Notes: generated from the letters alone by a model not told the origin. A stretch of DNA of 64,000 nt from Bacteroidales bacterium (GCA_028282785.1 JANQHE010000071.1:4423-68422), one strand, 5' to 3'. Counted from the stretch's first letter, positions 1-8,631 are shown. Translations and numbers: made by a program.

Positions 1-147
1 CGCACGCTTCAAATGCCGGAACCGTTGTGTGCAAGTGTAAAGAACCGTTCGACACATTGAAACGATAAAAAAAACACAAAAAATGGATTGATTGGATTGG
101 TTCTTTGTTGATAGTGCGGTGCAGTTTGAGGGGAATTTATTTTGTTT

Positions 148-240
148 TTCTCCCCCGCGCAAAGATAAAGAAACCCCACCGCACAAAACAGCACATTTGC
201 AAAAGAGCTGTTTTTTTTGCCAACGTATCACTGCTTTTTT
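148..240 (+). repeat. GC-enriched intergenic repeat module, copy A
   Basis: CTCCCCCGCGC-AAAGATAAAGA(161-171)-AACCCCACCGCACAAAACA(174-190)...TTTGCAAAAGAGC(196-208). AAAGATAAAGA recurs at 62340-62350. CCCCACCNNACAAAA(A)CA recurs at 2407-2423. TTGCCAAAGAGC recurs at 2347-2358. Confidence 0.5.
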
Positions 241-298
241 GTAAATTAAGTGCAACCATTTTAGGTTTTTGCATCACTAAAAGAAGAATGATTAATAA

Positions 299-1264
299 AT
301 GGACTCGAACAAAGATTTTTGGATAGACACGTATAATCGAAATATTAAAAAGCTGATTGGAGTTTGCTACAGATATGTTACCGACCAAAAAATTGCGGAA
401 GACCTTGCTCATGATTCTTTTTTGACTGCAATGAAAAAGTCTGGAACATTTAAAGGTAAGGGACATTTCGATGCATGGCTAAGAAAGATTACTGTAAATA
501 CCGCATTGCAATATTTACGGGAGATAAAATCAATACAAGATAGCCAACAAGAGCTTTTGCAACGTGAACTGATTAATAACGATGAAAAAATGTTTCAGAA
601 GTATGATTTTACAACACAGGAATTACTGGATGCAATAAACAAATTGCCAGAACATCATCGTCAGGTATTTAACCTTTATGTTATTGACGGATTTACACAT
701 AAACAGATTGCCGAAAAACTTGACATCAGCATCGGAACCTCTAAATCTCATTTGGCAAGAGCTAAAAAGAAATTAAAACAAATTCTTAATAAAAAGCAGG
801 AATCAAAACGGTCGTTTATTTTACTCCTTTTCCCTTGTGGGTTTGGAAGAATAAACAGATTATACAAAAAGGAATTTGAAAATTACGAAATATCACCGCA
901 AAACACTTCATTCTTAAAAACAATTGATTGGGCTGAGGCTAAACCACCACGGTTCACATTGTATTTAAGCTTTATTAAAGCGATTGTGGCAATTGGAATT
1001 ATTTTAATAATAACAGTGATAGTAATTATTAAAACCAATACTAAACCCATTGATTTAAAAAGTAATCCCGACAATCAGGAAATTATTGATACAACAACAA
1101 TAAAAGCCAATTCAATTTCAATTCAAGAAACTACTGATTCAGTAATGCAAACAAAACCATTACAAAAATCAAATCCTGTTATTGTAAAAAAGAAAAGGAT
1201 AACCCATAAAAAAGTAGTTGTTCGTGATACCTTAACCATTTTAGATACGACCAATATTGAGTAA
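299..1264 (+). CDS. ECF-type sigma-70 factor with fused C-terminal transmembrane/extracytoplasmic extension
   Basis: 321-aa ORF. Region 2-like DLAHDSFLTAMKK...FDAWLRKITVNTAL. Region 4 HTH QVFNLYVIDGFTHKQIAEKLDISIGTSKSHLARAKKKL. These are followed by the hydrophobic helix IVAIGIILIITVIVII and a ~85-aa polar tail. Confidence 0.75.
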   Translation: MDSNKDFWIDTYNRNIKKLIGVCYRYVTDQKIAEDLAHDSFLTAMKKSGTFKGKGHFDAWLRKITVNTALQYLREIKSIQDSQQELLQRELINNDEKMFQKYDFTTQELLDAINKLPEHHRQVFNLYVIDGFTHKQIAEKLDISIGTSKSHLARAKKKLKQILNKKQESKRSFILLLFPCGFGRINRLYKKEFENYEISPQNTSFLKTIDWAEAKPPRFTLYLSFIKAIVAIGIILIITVIVIIKTNTKPIDLKSNPDNQEIIDTTTIKANSISIQETTDSVMQTKPLQKSNPVIVKKKRITHKKVVVRDTLTILDTTNIE

Positions 1265-2288
1265 AGTCAGGCACATATTATTAATTCTATTTTGGATTTG
1301 TTTCTTTTTCTATGCAAATGCACAAACCGATACAATTTATGTGTATGAAGATTTAGTTGTTTATGATACTGTTGTTGTGTACGACACAGTATTCATAAAA
1401 CCTGATATTGATAATGTTTTGCCGTTAAAACTTAAACCAATAAGCATTTTACAACTTGATACGATTAACCATCAAGCCAATTTATTGTTAATTTCTGACC
1501 AACAAACTGCCACCTTTCCGATAAATCACATCATACTAGATGAAAACTTTAGTAAAAACATTAAAAATTCAGAAAGTATGAAAAAGTTAAGTTTCTTCGG
1601 AGTTGTATTTTTTGCCTTTCAAGCAATGGTTTTGGCTCAAACCAATTATGAAATTTCAATTGGCTCAGGTATCTGGTGGGAAAACGGTAATCTCGAATAT
1701 GTTGATAAACCTTATTCATCGTTATTAAATGCTGGTTTTTTTGCAAAAAGGAATTCTATAGGTAAAAGCTTTGGATTAAAAACAGGCGTTGAATACAGCT
1801 ACCTTTTAGGTAGCAACGGTTATAAATTTGATGGAACAATTGGGATTTGGCATTCAGAAGACGGTAGCGAATTTGAAGATATAAACAGCAACTATGGTGC
1901 AGGACAGCATAATATTTCAATTCCCGTTTTAATCTACTGGAACAGGTACAAAGTTCAACCATTTTTCGGATTAAATTATAATTACCTTGTAACAGGAACG
2001 CAAACATCTTATTATGACTATATTGAAGTAGGTATTCAAAAAACAGGAAAGCACAAATATATTTCCGATTCACATAACATTGGACTTAACCTTGGCATAG
2101 GCTTTAAGATTAGTGAGCTGTTTTCTATTAATATGGAGTATAAACATAACCTGACCTCCGATTTTGGTCAATCTATATCAAACGAAGGTAGCGATACTGG
2201 CAGTACCGTATTAGGCAGTAGTTATAATCTTAAAAATGCACAGGCAAAACTGTCAATAGTTTATTCACTTGGTAAAAAGAAAAATTGA
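1257..2288 (+). CDS. Putative outer-membrane beta-barrel (porin-family-like) protein; possible internal start at 1578
   Basis: The C-terminal ~235 aa have alternating aromatic/glycine-rich beta-strand character and end in ...AKLSIVYSLGKKKN. There are two signal-peptide-like segments (aa 1-23 and aa 108-128, MKKLSFFGVVFFAFQAMVLAQ). The ORF overlaps the sigma gene by 8 nt. Confidence 0.5.
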   Translation: MSKVRHILLILFWICFFFYANAQTDTIYVYEDLVVYDTVVVYDTVFIKPDIDNVLPLKLKPISILQLDTINHQANLLLISDQQTATFPINHIILDENFSKNIKNSESMKKLSFFGVVFFAFQAMVLAQTNYEISIGSGIWWENGNLEYVDKPYSSLLNAGFFAKRNSIGKSFGLKTGVEYSYLLGSNGYKFDGTIGIWHSEDGSEFEDINSNYGAGQHNISIPVLIYWNRYKVQPFFGLNYNYLVTGTQTSYYDYIEVGIQKTGKHKYISDSHNIGLNLGIGFKISELFSINMEYKHNLTSDFGQSISNEGSDTGSTVLGSSYNLKNAQAKLSIVYSLGKKKN

Positions 2289-2290
2289 TA

Positions 2291-2423
2291 GGCTAACCCC
2301 GTTTGTAGGCACATTGGCAAGTCGCGCGTGCCAAGCTAACCAAAACTTGCCAAAGAGCTAACAAAGCCAGCTCTAAGTGCCGCCTATAATAACGGTTTGG
2401 GGATTTCCCCACCTACAAAAACA
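2291..2423 (+). repeat. GC-enriched intergenic repeat module, copy B
   Basis: GGCTAACCCC(2291-2300)...TTGGCA-N9-TGCCAA hairpin...TAACCAAAACTTGCCAAA(2337-2354; near-identical at 58827-58843)...TATAATAACGGTTT(2385-2397)...CCCCACCTACAAAAACA(2407-2423). Confidence 0.55.
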
Positions 2424-2598
2424 AAATAAATTCGGACTCCGTTGCAAGGTCAGTGCGAATTGATAAGATAAAAGATTAGATTTATAAAAAATTGAAATAG
2501 ATTACCTTTGAACAATAACAACAGCACACAACAAGCGTTTATAAGTAATGTGGGGAAAGTGCTAAATTTGAACAACAAAACATTTAATAAATGCAGTA

Positions 2599-2658
2599 GC
2601 GGTTTGATAGGTTGGAACTTTGAAATCCCGCACTACTCATGCCGCAAAACCGTTATAA
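2599..2658 (+). repeat. Bracketed element GCGGTTTGAT...AAAACCGTTATAA (copy B2)
   Basis: GCGGTTTGAT at 2599-2608 and AAAACCGTTATAA at 2646-2658. The same two brackets occur at 3936-3945 and 4019-4032. GCGGTTT can pair with AAACCGT (one G-U). Confidence 0.45.
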
Positions 2659-2739
2659 AACATAAATTCTTGAGAAAACTTGTAACCTTTTGGCGGTTGG
2701 CTTATCTAAACCACAATAATCATTAAAGTTATAAATGCT

Positions 2740-3066
2740 ATGATACTTATTCTTCCAATTGTTGCAATTTTAGTAGTCGGACTGATCCTTTATTACATTA
2801 GAACAAAAAATCAAGAAAGATTGAAGTTAATCGAAAAAGGGATCAATCCGGACGGACAAAGTATTACTGAATTTCAAAAACAATCCAGTTTGAAAAATGC
2901 AGTACTTTTTATTTCATTATCATTAGGACTATTTTTAGGTCATATTTTAACCATCAATTTCCGGCAACTTGATAATTTTATAACTTATTTGACCATGTTT
3001 TTATTATTTGGTGGTATAGGCTCATTGATAAACTATTACCAAATGAAAAATTGGAATTCTAATTAA
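2740..3066 (+). CDS. Small multi-pass membrane protein (DUF6249-like, tentative)
   Basis: 108 aa. N-terminal TM helix, then an RLKLIEKGINP amphipathic linker, then two more hydrophobic helices. The stop abuts the start of the downstream ECF sigma gene. Confidence 0.45.
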   Translation: MILILPIVAILVVGLILYYIRTKNQERLKLIEKGINPDGQSITEFQKQSSLKNAVLFISLSLGLFLGHILTINFRQLDNFITYLTMFLLFGGIGSLINYYQMKNWNSN

Positions 3067-3603
3067 ATGAATGGTTCTAAAATACTAAAAAAGGCTATCG
3101 CCGGAGATAAAAATGCACTTTCTGTTCTTGTTGACAAATATAAAGACATTGCCTTTAATCTTGCAATAAGTATTGTCAGGGACGAAGAAGATGCAAAAGA
3201 TATTACACAAGATAGCTTTTTGAAAGTTTTAGAGAATATTGAGAGCTTCAGAAATGAGTCAAAATTTTCAACCTGGTTATACAGAATAGTATATAATTTA
3301 TCAATACAATTTATTCGAAACAAAAAGAAAATGGACTCATTAGAAAATGTTTCTCATATTCTGACTGAAACATCTTCGGATACATTGGAAACTCATGAGA
3401 AAAACCAAATAATAAAAATTTCTCTTAATATACTTGATGGGAATGAAAGACTGATTGTTACTTTATTTTATCTTGGAGAAAAATCCATAAAAGAAATCAA
3501 AGAAATAACATCTCTTTCACTTTCAAACATCAAAGTTATTTTATATAGGTCAAGAAAGAAAATGACCAAAAATCTTGAAAAGTTGAATTATGAAAGAGTT
3601 TGA
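3067..3603 (+). CDS. ECF-type RNA polymerase sigma-70 factor
   Basis: 178 aa. Region 2 EEDAKDITQDSFLKVLENIESF...FSTWLYRIVYNLSI. Region 4 LIVTLFYLGEKSIKEIKEITSLSLSNIKVILYRSRKKM. Confidence 0.85.
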   Translation: MNGSKILKKAIAGDKNALSVLVDKYKDIAFNLAISIVRDEEDAKDITQDSFLKVLENIESFRNESKFSTWLYRIVYNLSIQFIRNKKKMDSLENVSHILTETSSDTLETHEKNQIIKISLNILDGNERLIVTLFYLGEKSIKEIKEITSLSLSNIKVILYRSRKKMTKNLEKLNYERV

Positions 3604-3904
3604 TAATGAAATAAAAAGTCATGTTAAGGCAAACATGAGTAAAATTAAAGATGAAAACTTTACTTCAAAAGTAGTTACAAGGCATTTGCTGACCAGAAAG
3701 AAAAAAGTAAAAAAGGTTTACTTCAATTTTGAAGCATTAATATTCTGGATTATTGCTGTTTTGATAGGTATAGCATTGTTGATAATGAAATTAATAAACG
3801 AGACAGTATTTTTTGAAATTCAGGTTAAGCATTGTTTAATTTTAATTTCACTGACATTGACGGCTTTGATATATAAATGGGTGGAAAAAATGTATAGTGT
3901 ATAA
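3590..3904 (+). CDS. Putative membrane anti-sigma factor / small membrane protein
   Basis: 104 aa. Overlaps the sigma gene by 14 nt. Two hydrophobic helices (ALIFWIIAVLIGIALLIM, LILISLTLTALIY). The call rests on position only. Confidence 0.45.
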   Translation: MKEFDNEIKSHVKANMSKIKDENFTSKVVTRHLLTRKKKVKKVYFNFEALIFWIIAVLIGIALLIMKLINETVFFEIQVKHCLILISLTLTALIYKWVEKMYSV

Positions 3905-3935
3905 AATTGCATCATTAAGCAAAAGAGTTGTCGTT

Positions 3936-4032
3936 GCGGTTTGATTGCTATTTGTTATATTTGTTTCTCCCGATAGTTATCGGGACAGGGGGTGGTGATC
4001 CCGCCTCGCTTCATACCCAAAAACCGTTATAA
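3936..4032 (+). repeat. Bracketed element GCGGTTTGAT...AAAAACCGTTATAA (copy C)
   Basis: Same brackets as 2599-2658. The interior contains hairpins CCCGAT/ATCGGG and GGTGG/CCGCC. It is locally GC-rich within AT-rich DNA. Confidence 0.45.
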
Positions 4033-4087
4033 GTAATTAGACATTAGCTAATGCATAACAAAGAGATTTTATATAAATAACATTTTT

Positions 4088-4861
4088 ATGAAAGAAATTC
4101 GAAAAATCGAACCCGACATATGGCAGTATGTATTTGTGGAAAGTGAAGATAATCCGGATATTGAAGTCAATATAACCGTTTTATTAAGTGTAAACAAAGC
4201 ATTAGTGATAGATACGGGATTCCCTTTACATGCAAAACAGGTTAAAAAGGATCTATTGCTGAAGGGGATCGAAGTTGAAAAAGTAATTCTGTCTCACTAC
4301 CATCCGGATCATGCGGCAGGAGCAAGTGAGTTCGAAAATGCAGTACTTAGTTGCAGCGTTCATTACAAAGAAAATTATAAAAAATGTTCTGAAGTTTGGG
4401 ATTCTGAGAATTACTATAAAAAACCTGATAATGTAATTAATAATAATGAAGCATGGCAATTTGGTGATTTCATATTAACGTTTATTGAAGCACCAGGTCA
4501 TAGTAAATGTAGCTTAATAACTTTAATTAATGATAGATTAGCTCATGTAGGCGATCTGGTTATGTCAAATGATGAAGATAAACCAATAATCCCCTATATA
4601 TCCGAAGATGGAGATTTTAATGAACATGTCTGTAGTTTAGAAAAAATAAGGGCTTTGTCTGTAGATAGCTTGCTGTTCTCACATGGTAAAACAATTTATG
4701 GAAAAAATGAAATCGAAAAAGAAGTCAATAAAAGAGAACATTATTTAAGGTCAGTTATCGAAACGAATGGAAAAGCTGATATTGAGAGCATGTTAATCGG
4801 AGGGTCCTTTAATTGGAGTTACGTTAAATGGCATAGTAAGAACTTGAAAAGTCTAAAGTAG
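4088..4861 (+). CDS. MBL-fold metallo-hydrolase
   Basis: 257 aa. HxHxDH motif SHYHPDHAAG, plus later APGHS and FSHG histidines typical of the metallo-beta-lactamase fold. Confidence 0.85.
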   Translation: MKEIRKIEPDIWQYVFVESEDNPDIEVNITVLLSVNKALVIDTGFPLHAKQVKKDLLLKGIEVEKVILSHYHPDHAAGASEFENAVLSCSVHYKENYKKCSEVWDSENYYKKPDNVINNNEAWQFGDFILTFIEAPGHSKCSLITLINDRLAHVGDLVMSNDEDKPIIPYISEDGDFNEHVCSLEKIRALSVDSLLFSHGKTIYGKNEIEKEVNKREHYLRSVIETNGKADIESMLIGGSFNWSYVKWHSKNLKSLK

Positions 4862-5009
4862 CGTTTTCAAGATAAATTCTAATAACCTATATATAAAGGT
4901 ATCGTTCAAATCTAACAGGTTTTGTTTGTTTTTCCACCATATATACCATTTAATAGGTATTGCTAAAAGAAATGATAGCCTTTACCTTTACGGTAAAATT
5001 ATTGTTTTC

Positions 5010-5666
5010 ATGAGTAAGCATCAACACGAGAAGAAAACCTTTTGGGTAGTATTGTTAACAGCTATTACAATGGTGGTTGAAATAATATTTGGAATTGCCA
5101 CCAATTCAGTGGCTTTATTGGCAGATGGAATTCACATGGGTTCACATGTTCTGGCAATTGGATTGAGTTGGTTGGCGTATGTCATGGTTAGAAGGGTTTC
5201 TAAAAGCGGCAAATTTAATGGAAATTCAGGTAAGATTCTTTCCCTTTCGGGATACAGCAGCGGATTAATGCTTTTGATTTTTGCCATTGTGATAATGGTG
5301 GAAGCTGTTGAACGTTTCTTCAATCCAGCTGATATTGTATACAAAGAAGCAATTTTTGTTGCAATTGTTGGTTTGATTGTAAATGTTGTTAGTGCATTCC
5401 TTCTGCATCATGAACACGAACATTCAGACCATAACATTAGAGCTGCATATCTGCATGTAATAGCGGATGCATTAACCAGTTTATCGGCAATATTGGGGTT
5501 AACAGCCGCAATGATTTGGGATATTCCTTTTATTGATACCATTGCGGCAATTATCAGCTCGTTTGTAATTATTAAGTGGTCGATAGGGTTGCTTAAGGAT
5601 TCGGGCAAGGTTTTGCTGGATATTGATGGAACTGATCAAAGACATAATGTTGAGCATCATCATTAA
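5010..5666 (+). CDS. Cation diffusion facilitator (CDF) family metal efflux transporter
   Basis: ATG at 5010 (MSKHQHEKKTFWVV...). TM helices carry the CDF metal-site motifs LLADGIHMGSH and AYLHVIADALTS. His-rich loop HHEHEHSDH and a His-rich C-terminus. The track ORF start at 4926 is a non-ATG upstream extension. Confidence 0.85.
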   Translation: MSKHQHEKKTFWVVLLTAITMVVEIIFGIATNSVALLADGIHMGSHVLAIGLSWLAYVMVRRVSKSGKFNGNSGKILSLSGYSSGLMLLIFAIVIMVEAVERFFNPADIVYKEAIFVAIVGLIVNVVSAFLLHHEHEHSDHNIRAAYLHVIADALTSLSAILGLTAAMIWDIPFIDTIAAIISSFVIIKWSIGLLKDSGKVLLDIDGTDQRHNVEHHH

Positions 5667-5807
5667 ATTATCATCGTATTTTATAAACTTATCGTGCAAA
5701 ATAAAATGTCTATTCTAGCAGGAAACAAATGAAATTACGGAAGCTATAGAAGCAGGGAAATAATCTAAAGAATTGGATAAATTATTTTTTTAAATATTAA
5801 AATAGGT

Positions 5808-5815
5808 TATATTTG
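5808..5815 (+). promoter_or_regulatory. Bacteroidota-type -7 promoter box TATATTTG
   Basis: Matches TAnnTTTG. It lies ~165 nt upstream of the GNAT gene start, implying a long 5' leader. Confidence 0.4.
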
Positions 5816-5980
5816 CACCTTATGTTAAAAGCTACTACATACGTTATAAACTCTTCTATCCTGGTAGGATAAGGACAGGTTTTTATTTCTAAAACTGAAT
5901 TATTTTATAATTCAACCTGTTCGCGTATTCAATTATTTATTAATTCATTTTATTAATTTATTCATTAATTATTATAAATA

Positions 5981-7249
5981 ATGGAAAACAAATATCTTAT
6001 CAGAAAAGTAAATAATAATAATAATCTAGAAGACTTATATAAATTATACGACAGGGTTTTTTTACCGGAAGAGGTGGGACAGCTTGCTAAAAAATTAGCA
6101 AATAATTTTCCCTATATGGAAAATAAGCACTGGTTCCTTGCAGAAGAAAAAGATTCAAAGGAACTAGCGGCTGGTTTGTCATTAATTCCCTCTATATGGG
6201 AAATGGAAGGGATACCCCTGAAAATAGCAGAACAAGGTTTGGTTGCAACGGATGAAAAACATCGTGGTAAAGGAATTATGAAAATGCTTAACCGCGAATT
6301 TGATGATCAACTGGAGCAGGAAAAGTATGATTTAGCTGTTATACAGGGAATACCGGGCTTTTATCATAAGTTTGGATATCATTATGCCGTTCCCATGGAA
6401 AACCATATAAACCTTGATTTAAGAAGTATTAAAGAGATTGGGAACAGTGGTTTTAAGGTAAGACAAGCAGAATTAAATGATATTCCGTTTTTGCTTGACC
6501 AGGATCAGGAGTATAGAAAAACAGAATATATATCGGTTTTACGGGATGAGAAAATATGGGAATATCTTCTTACTCATAGTAAAGAAACAGATTGTGGATG
6601 CGATTGCTATATTTTTGAATCAAACCTGGAGAAATTTTATTGTAAGATAATGTATCAGGGGTTTGGTAAAGGCTTAAATATTAGCGAGCTTAGTTATTCT
6701 ATTTCGGATTCTGGCCTGCAATTTTTATTGTCTTTTCTGAAGAAACAAGCCATTGAGTTGAAAAAGCCATTTATAAGGTTTAATTTTAATAATACCTCGC
6801 AAATCGGAAAATATTTGATCTCATTGGGAGCAGAAGAAGGGAAAACGTATGCATGGCAAATTAAAATCCCGAATAAGCTTCGATTGTTAAATAAGATTAA
6901 ACCGATATTAGAAGCAAGAATACAAAAATCGGAATGTAATGATTATTCAGGTATTCTTCAATTGAACTTTTATACGAACATGATTAATCTGAAATTTAAT
7001 AAGGGAAGGATTGAAAATATCCATGTAGAAATGATCGAATCGGAAAATACTTTTTGTATTCCTGACGAATTGTTTGCTTCATTGGTTCTAGGGCACCGAA
7101 GCTGGGAAGAATTGCAATACATTCATCCGCAAGTTTCGCCCATGATACTATATTTAAATCCGGAGCTTAAACCTTCTGATGATTTAACGGGAAAATTGAT
7201 TAATATTTTATTTCCTAAGAGAGAATCGTGGGTTTACCTTCAATATTAA
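5981..7249 (+). CDS. GNAT-family N-acetyltransferase, multi-domain (Eis-like architecture, tentative)
   Basis: 422 aa. Acetyl-CoA-binding-type motif LVATDEKHRGKGIMKMLNREF in the N-terminal third. The long C-terminal extension is compatible with the Eis/SCP2-type three-domain layout. Confidence 0.6.
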   Translation: MENKYLIRKVNNNNNLEDLYKLYDRVFLPEEVGQLAKKLANNFPYMENKHWFLAEEKDSKELAAGLSLIPSIWEMEGIPLKIAEQGLVATDEKHRGKGIMKMLNREFDDQLEQEKYDLAVIQGIPGFYHKFGYHYAVPMENHINLDLRSIKEIGNSGFKVRQAELNDIPFLLDQDQEYRKTEYISVLRDEKIWEYLLTHSKETDCGCDCYIFESNLEKFYCKIMYQGFGKGLNISELSYSISDSGLQFLLSFLKKQAIELKKPFIRFNFNNTSQIGKYLISLGAEEGKTYAWQIKIPNKLRLLNKIKPILEARIQKSECNDYSGILQLNFYTNMINLKFNKGRIENIHVEMIESENTFCIPDELFASLVLGHRSWEELQYIHPQVSPMILYLNPELKPSDDLTGKLINILFPKRESWVYLQY

Positions 7250-7503
7250 AAAGAGAAAATGCGAACTACTTGTTTGCATTTTCATTTTATGTTTAACACT
7301 ATTTTCTTATTAAATTACCACTGGTTGTATTACAATACATATACCCTCAATAAATTGACAAGTTTATCCTACTTAATCAAAACTTAAAGACCATTTGTTC
7401 TTTGAAAATGGAATTGCTTTATTATAAAAATGTTAACAATATGGATAAGATGTAAAAGAGGATTATGTAAGTATAAAAAAAATTATTAACTTGTATATAA
7501 AAA

Positions 7504-8631
7504 ATGAAAAACCAAGACGATCTTAAATCGGAATTGAAACTTCAAAAGGAGATTGCTTATATAGCCGGATTTTTACAAGGAGATGTTACTGTTAAAACTT
7601 TGCTTGAATCCTTGGCAGAAGGAGTTGTGTTTATCAATGACTCAGGCAGAATAATTTTAATAAATAATAGATTATCAGAACTTACAGGTTATGATAAGTT
7701 TGAAGTAATAGGAGAGAGTTTAAATATATTTATCCCGGATGAATTAGAAAAAAGACATAAAAAACATATTCAAAATTATTTTGCCCAACCTAAAATCCGT
7801 CCAATGGGAATAGGGGTGGAACTAATAGCCAAACGAAAAGACGGATCTACCTTTCCTGTTGAGATTAGCATAAGTTACCTGGATACTGAATCGGGCAGGT
7901 TGGGAATCGGTTTTGTAACAGATATAACAGACAGAAAAAAAGCTGAAACTGAGTTAAAAGAAAAAAATATTGAACTGGATGCGTATGCTCATACCGTAGC
8001 GCATGATTTAAGCTCTTCTTTATTAGGTATTATGGGATATAGTGAACTGCTTATAGAATCCGGTAAAGAAATATCGGAAGAAAAGCGTGATTCGTATTTA
8101 AACCAAATTAACGTGAGCAGCAAAAAAATGGACACGATAATAAGGGAACTCCTGGTTTTCGCAAGTATAAAAAAAGAAGATGTGGAAATTAAGAAAGTTA
8201 ATATGAAGGAATTAATTGAATCTGCTTGTCAACGTTTAAGATATCAGATAGATCAGAAAGATGCCCAACTTAAGGTTAGCGATAACATGTTAGATTGTTT
8301 GGGTTATCCGCTTTGGATTGAGGAAATTTGGTATAATATTATTAGTAATGCGATAAAATATGGTGGAGATAAACCTGAAATCGAAATATATTGTGCCCAA
8401 GCCGAAGATGGATTTATTAAATACAGTGTAAAAGATGGTGGAGAAGGAATCTCTGATGAATTAAGGCCGGTAATTTTTAATGACAGGGATGCAGAGAAAG
8501 ATAAATTATCCAAAGGACTGGGATTAGGACTATCCATAGTTAGAAGGATAACTGATAAGCTTAATGGGCGTCTTACGGTAGAATCCGAAGAAGGAAAAGG
8601 CAGTATATTTAGTTTTTATTTGAAACACTAG
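7504..8631 (+). CDS. Cytoplasmic PAS-domain sensor histidine kinase
   Basis: 375 aa. PAS (VVFINDSGRIILINNRLSELTGYDKFEVIG...RKDGSTFPVEISIS), HisKA H-box AHTVAHDLSSSL, HATPase N/G boxes NIISNAIKYG, DGGEGIS, GLGLGLSIV. No TM segment and no adjacent response regulator. Confidence 0.9.
   Translation: MKNQDDLKSELKLQKEIAYIAGFLQGDVTVKTLLESLAEGVVFINDSGRIILINNRLSELTGYDKFEVIGESLNIFIPDELEKRHKKHIQNYFAQPKIRPMGIGVELIAKRKDGSTFPVEISISYLDTESGRLGIGFVTDITDRKKAETELKEKNIELDAYAHTVAHDLSSSLLGIMGYSELLIESGKEISEEKRDSYLNQINVSSKKMDTIIRELLVFASIKKEDVEIKKVNMKELIESACQRLRYQIDQKDAQLKVSDNMLDCLGYPLWIEEIWYNIISNAIKYGGDKPEIEIYCAQAEDGFIKYSVKDGGEGISDELRPVIFNDRDAEKDKLSKGLGLGLSIVRRITDKLNGRLTVESEEGKGSIFSFYLKH

Noticed and set aside
2508-2726. 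72-aa ORF in the 2289-2739 spacer
   Set aside because: It has low-complexity Asn-rich and odd composition, no recognisable motif, and it spans the repeat brackets GCGGTTTGAT/AAAACCGTTATAA. It is most likely a non-coding repeat region.
4880-4975. Metal-regulator operator upstream of the CDF transporter (ACCT-N8-AGGT and ATACC-N8-GGTAT inverted repeats)
   Set aside because: The repeats are short (4-5 bp arms) in AT-rich DNA and there is no adjacent metalloregulator gene, so they cannot be distinguished from chance.
4926-5009. Upstream extensions of track ORFs (CDF 4926, WD40-caspase 15855, thioesterase 29494, DUF2807 23846, kdsA 57877, CarboxypepD_reg 53937)
   Set aside because: In each case an internal ATG gives a canonical N-terminus (signal peptide, lipobox or conserved family start). 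The extension begins at a non-ATG codon or overlaps the neighbouring gene.
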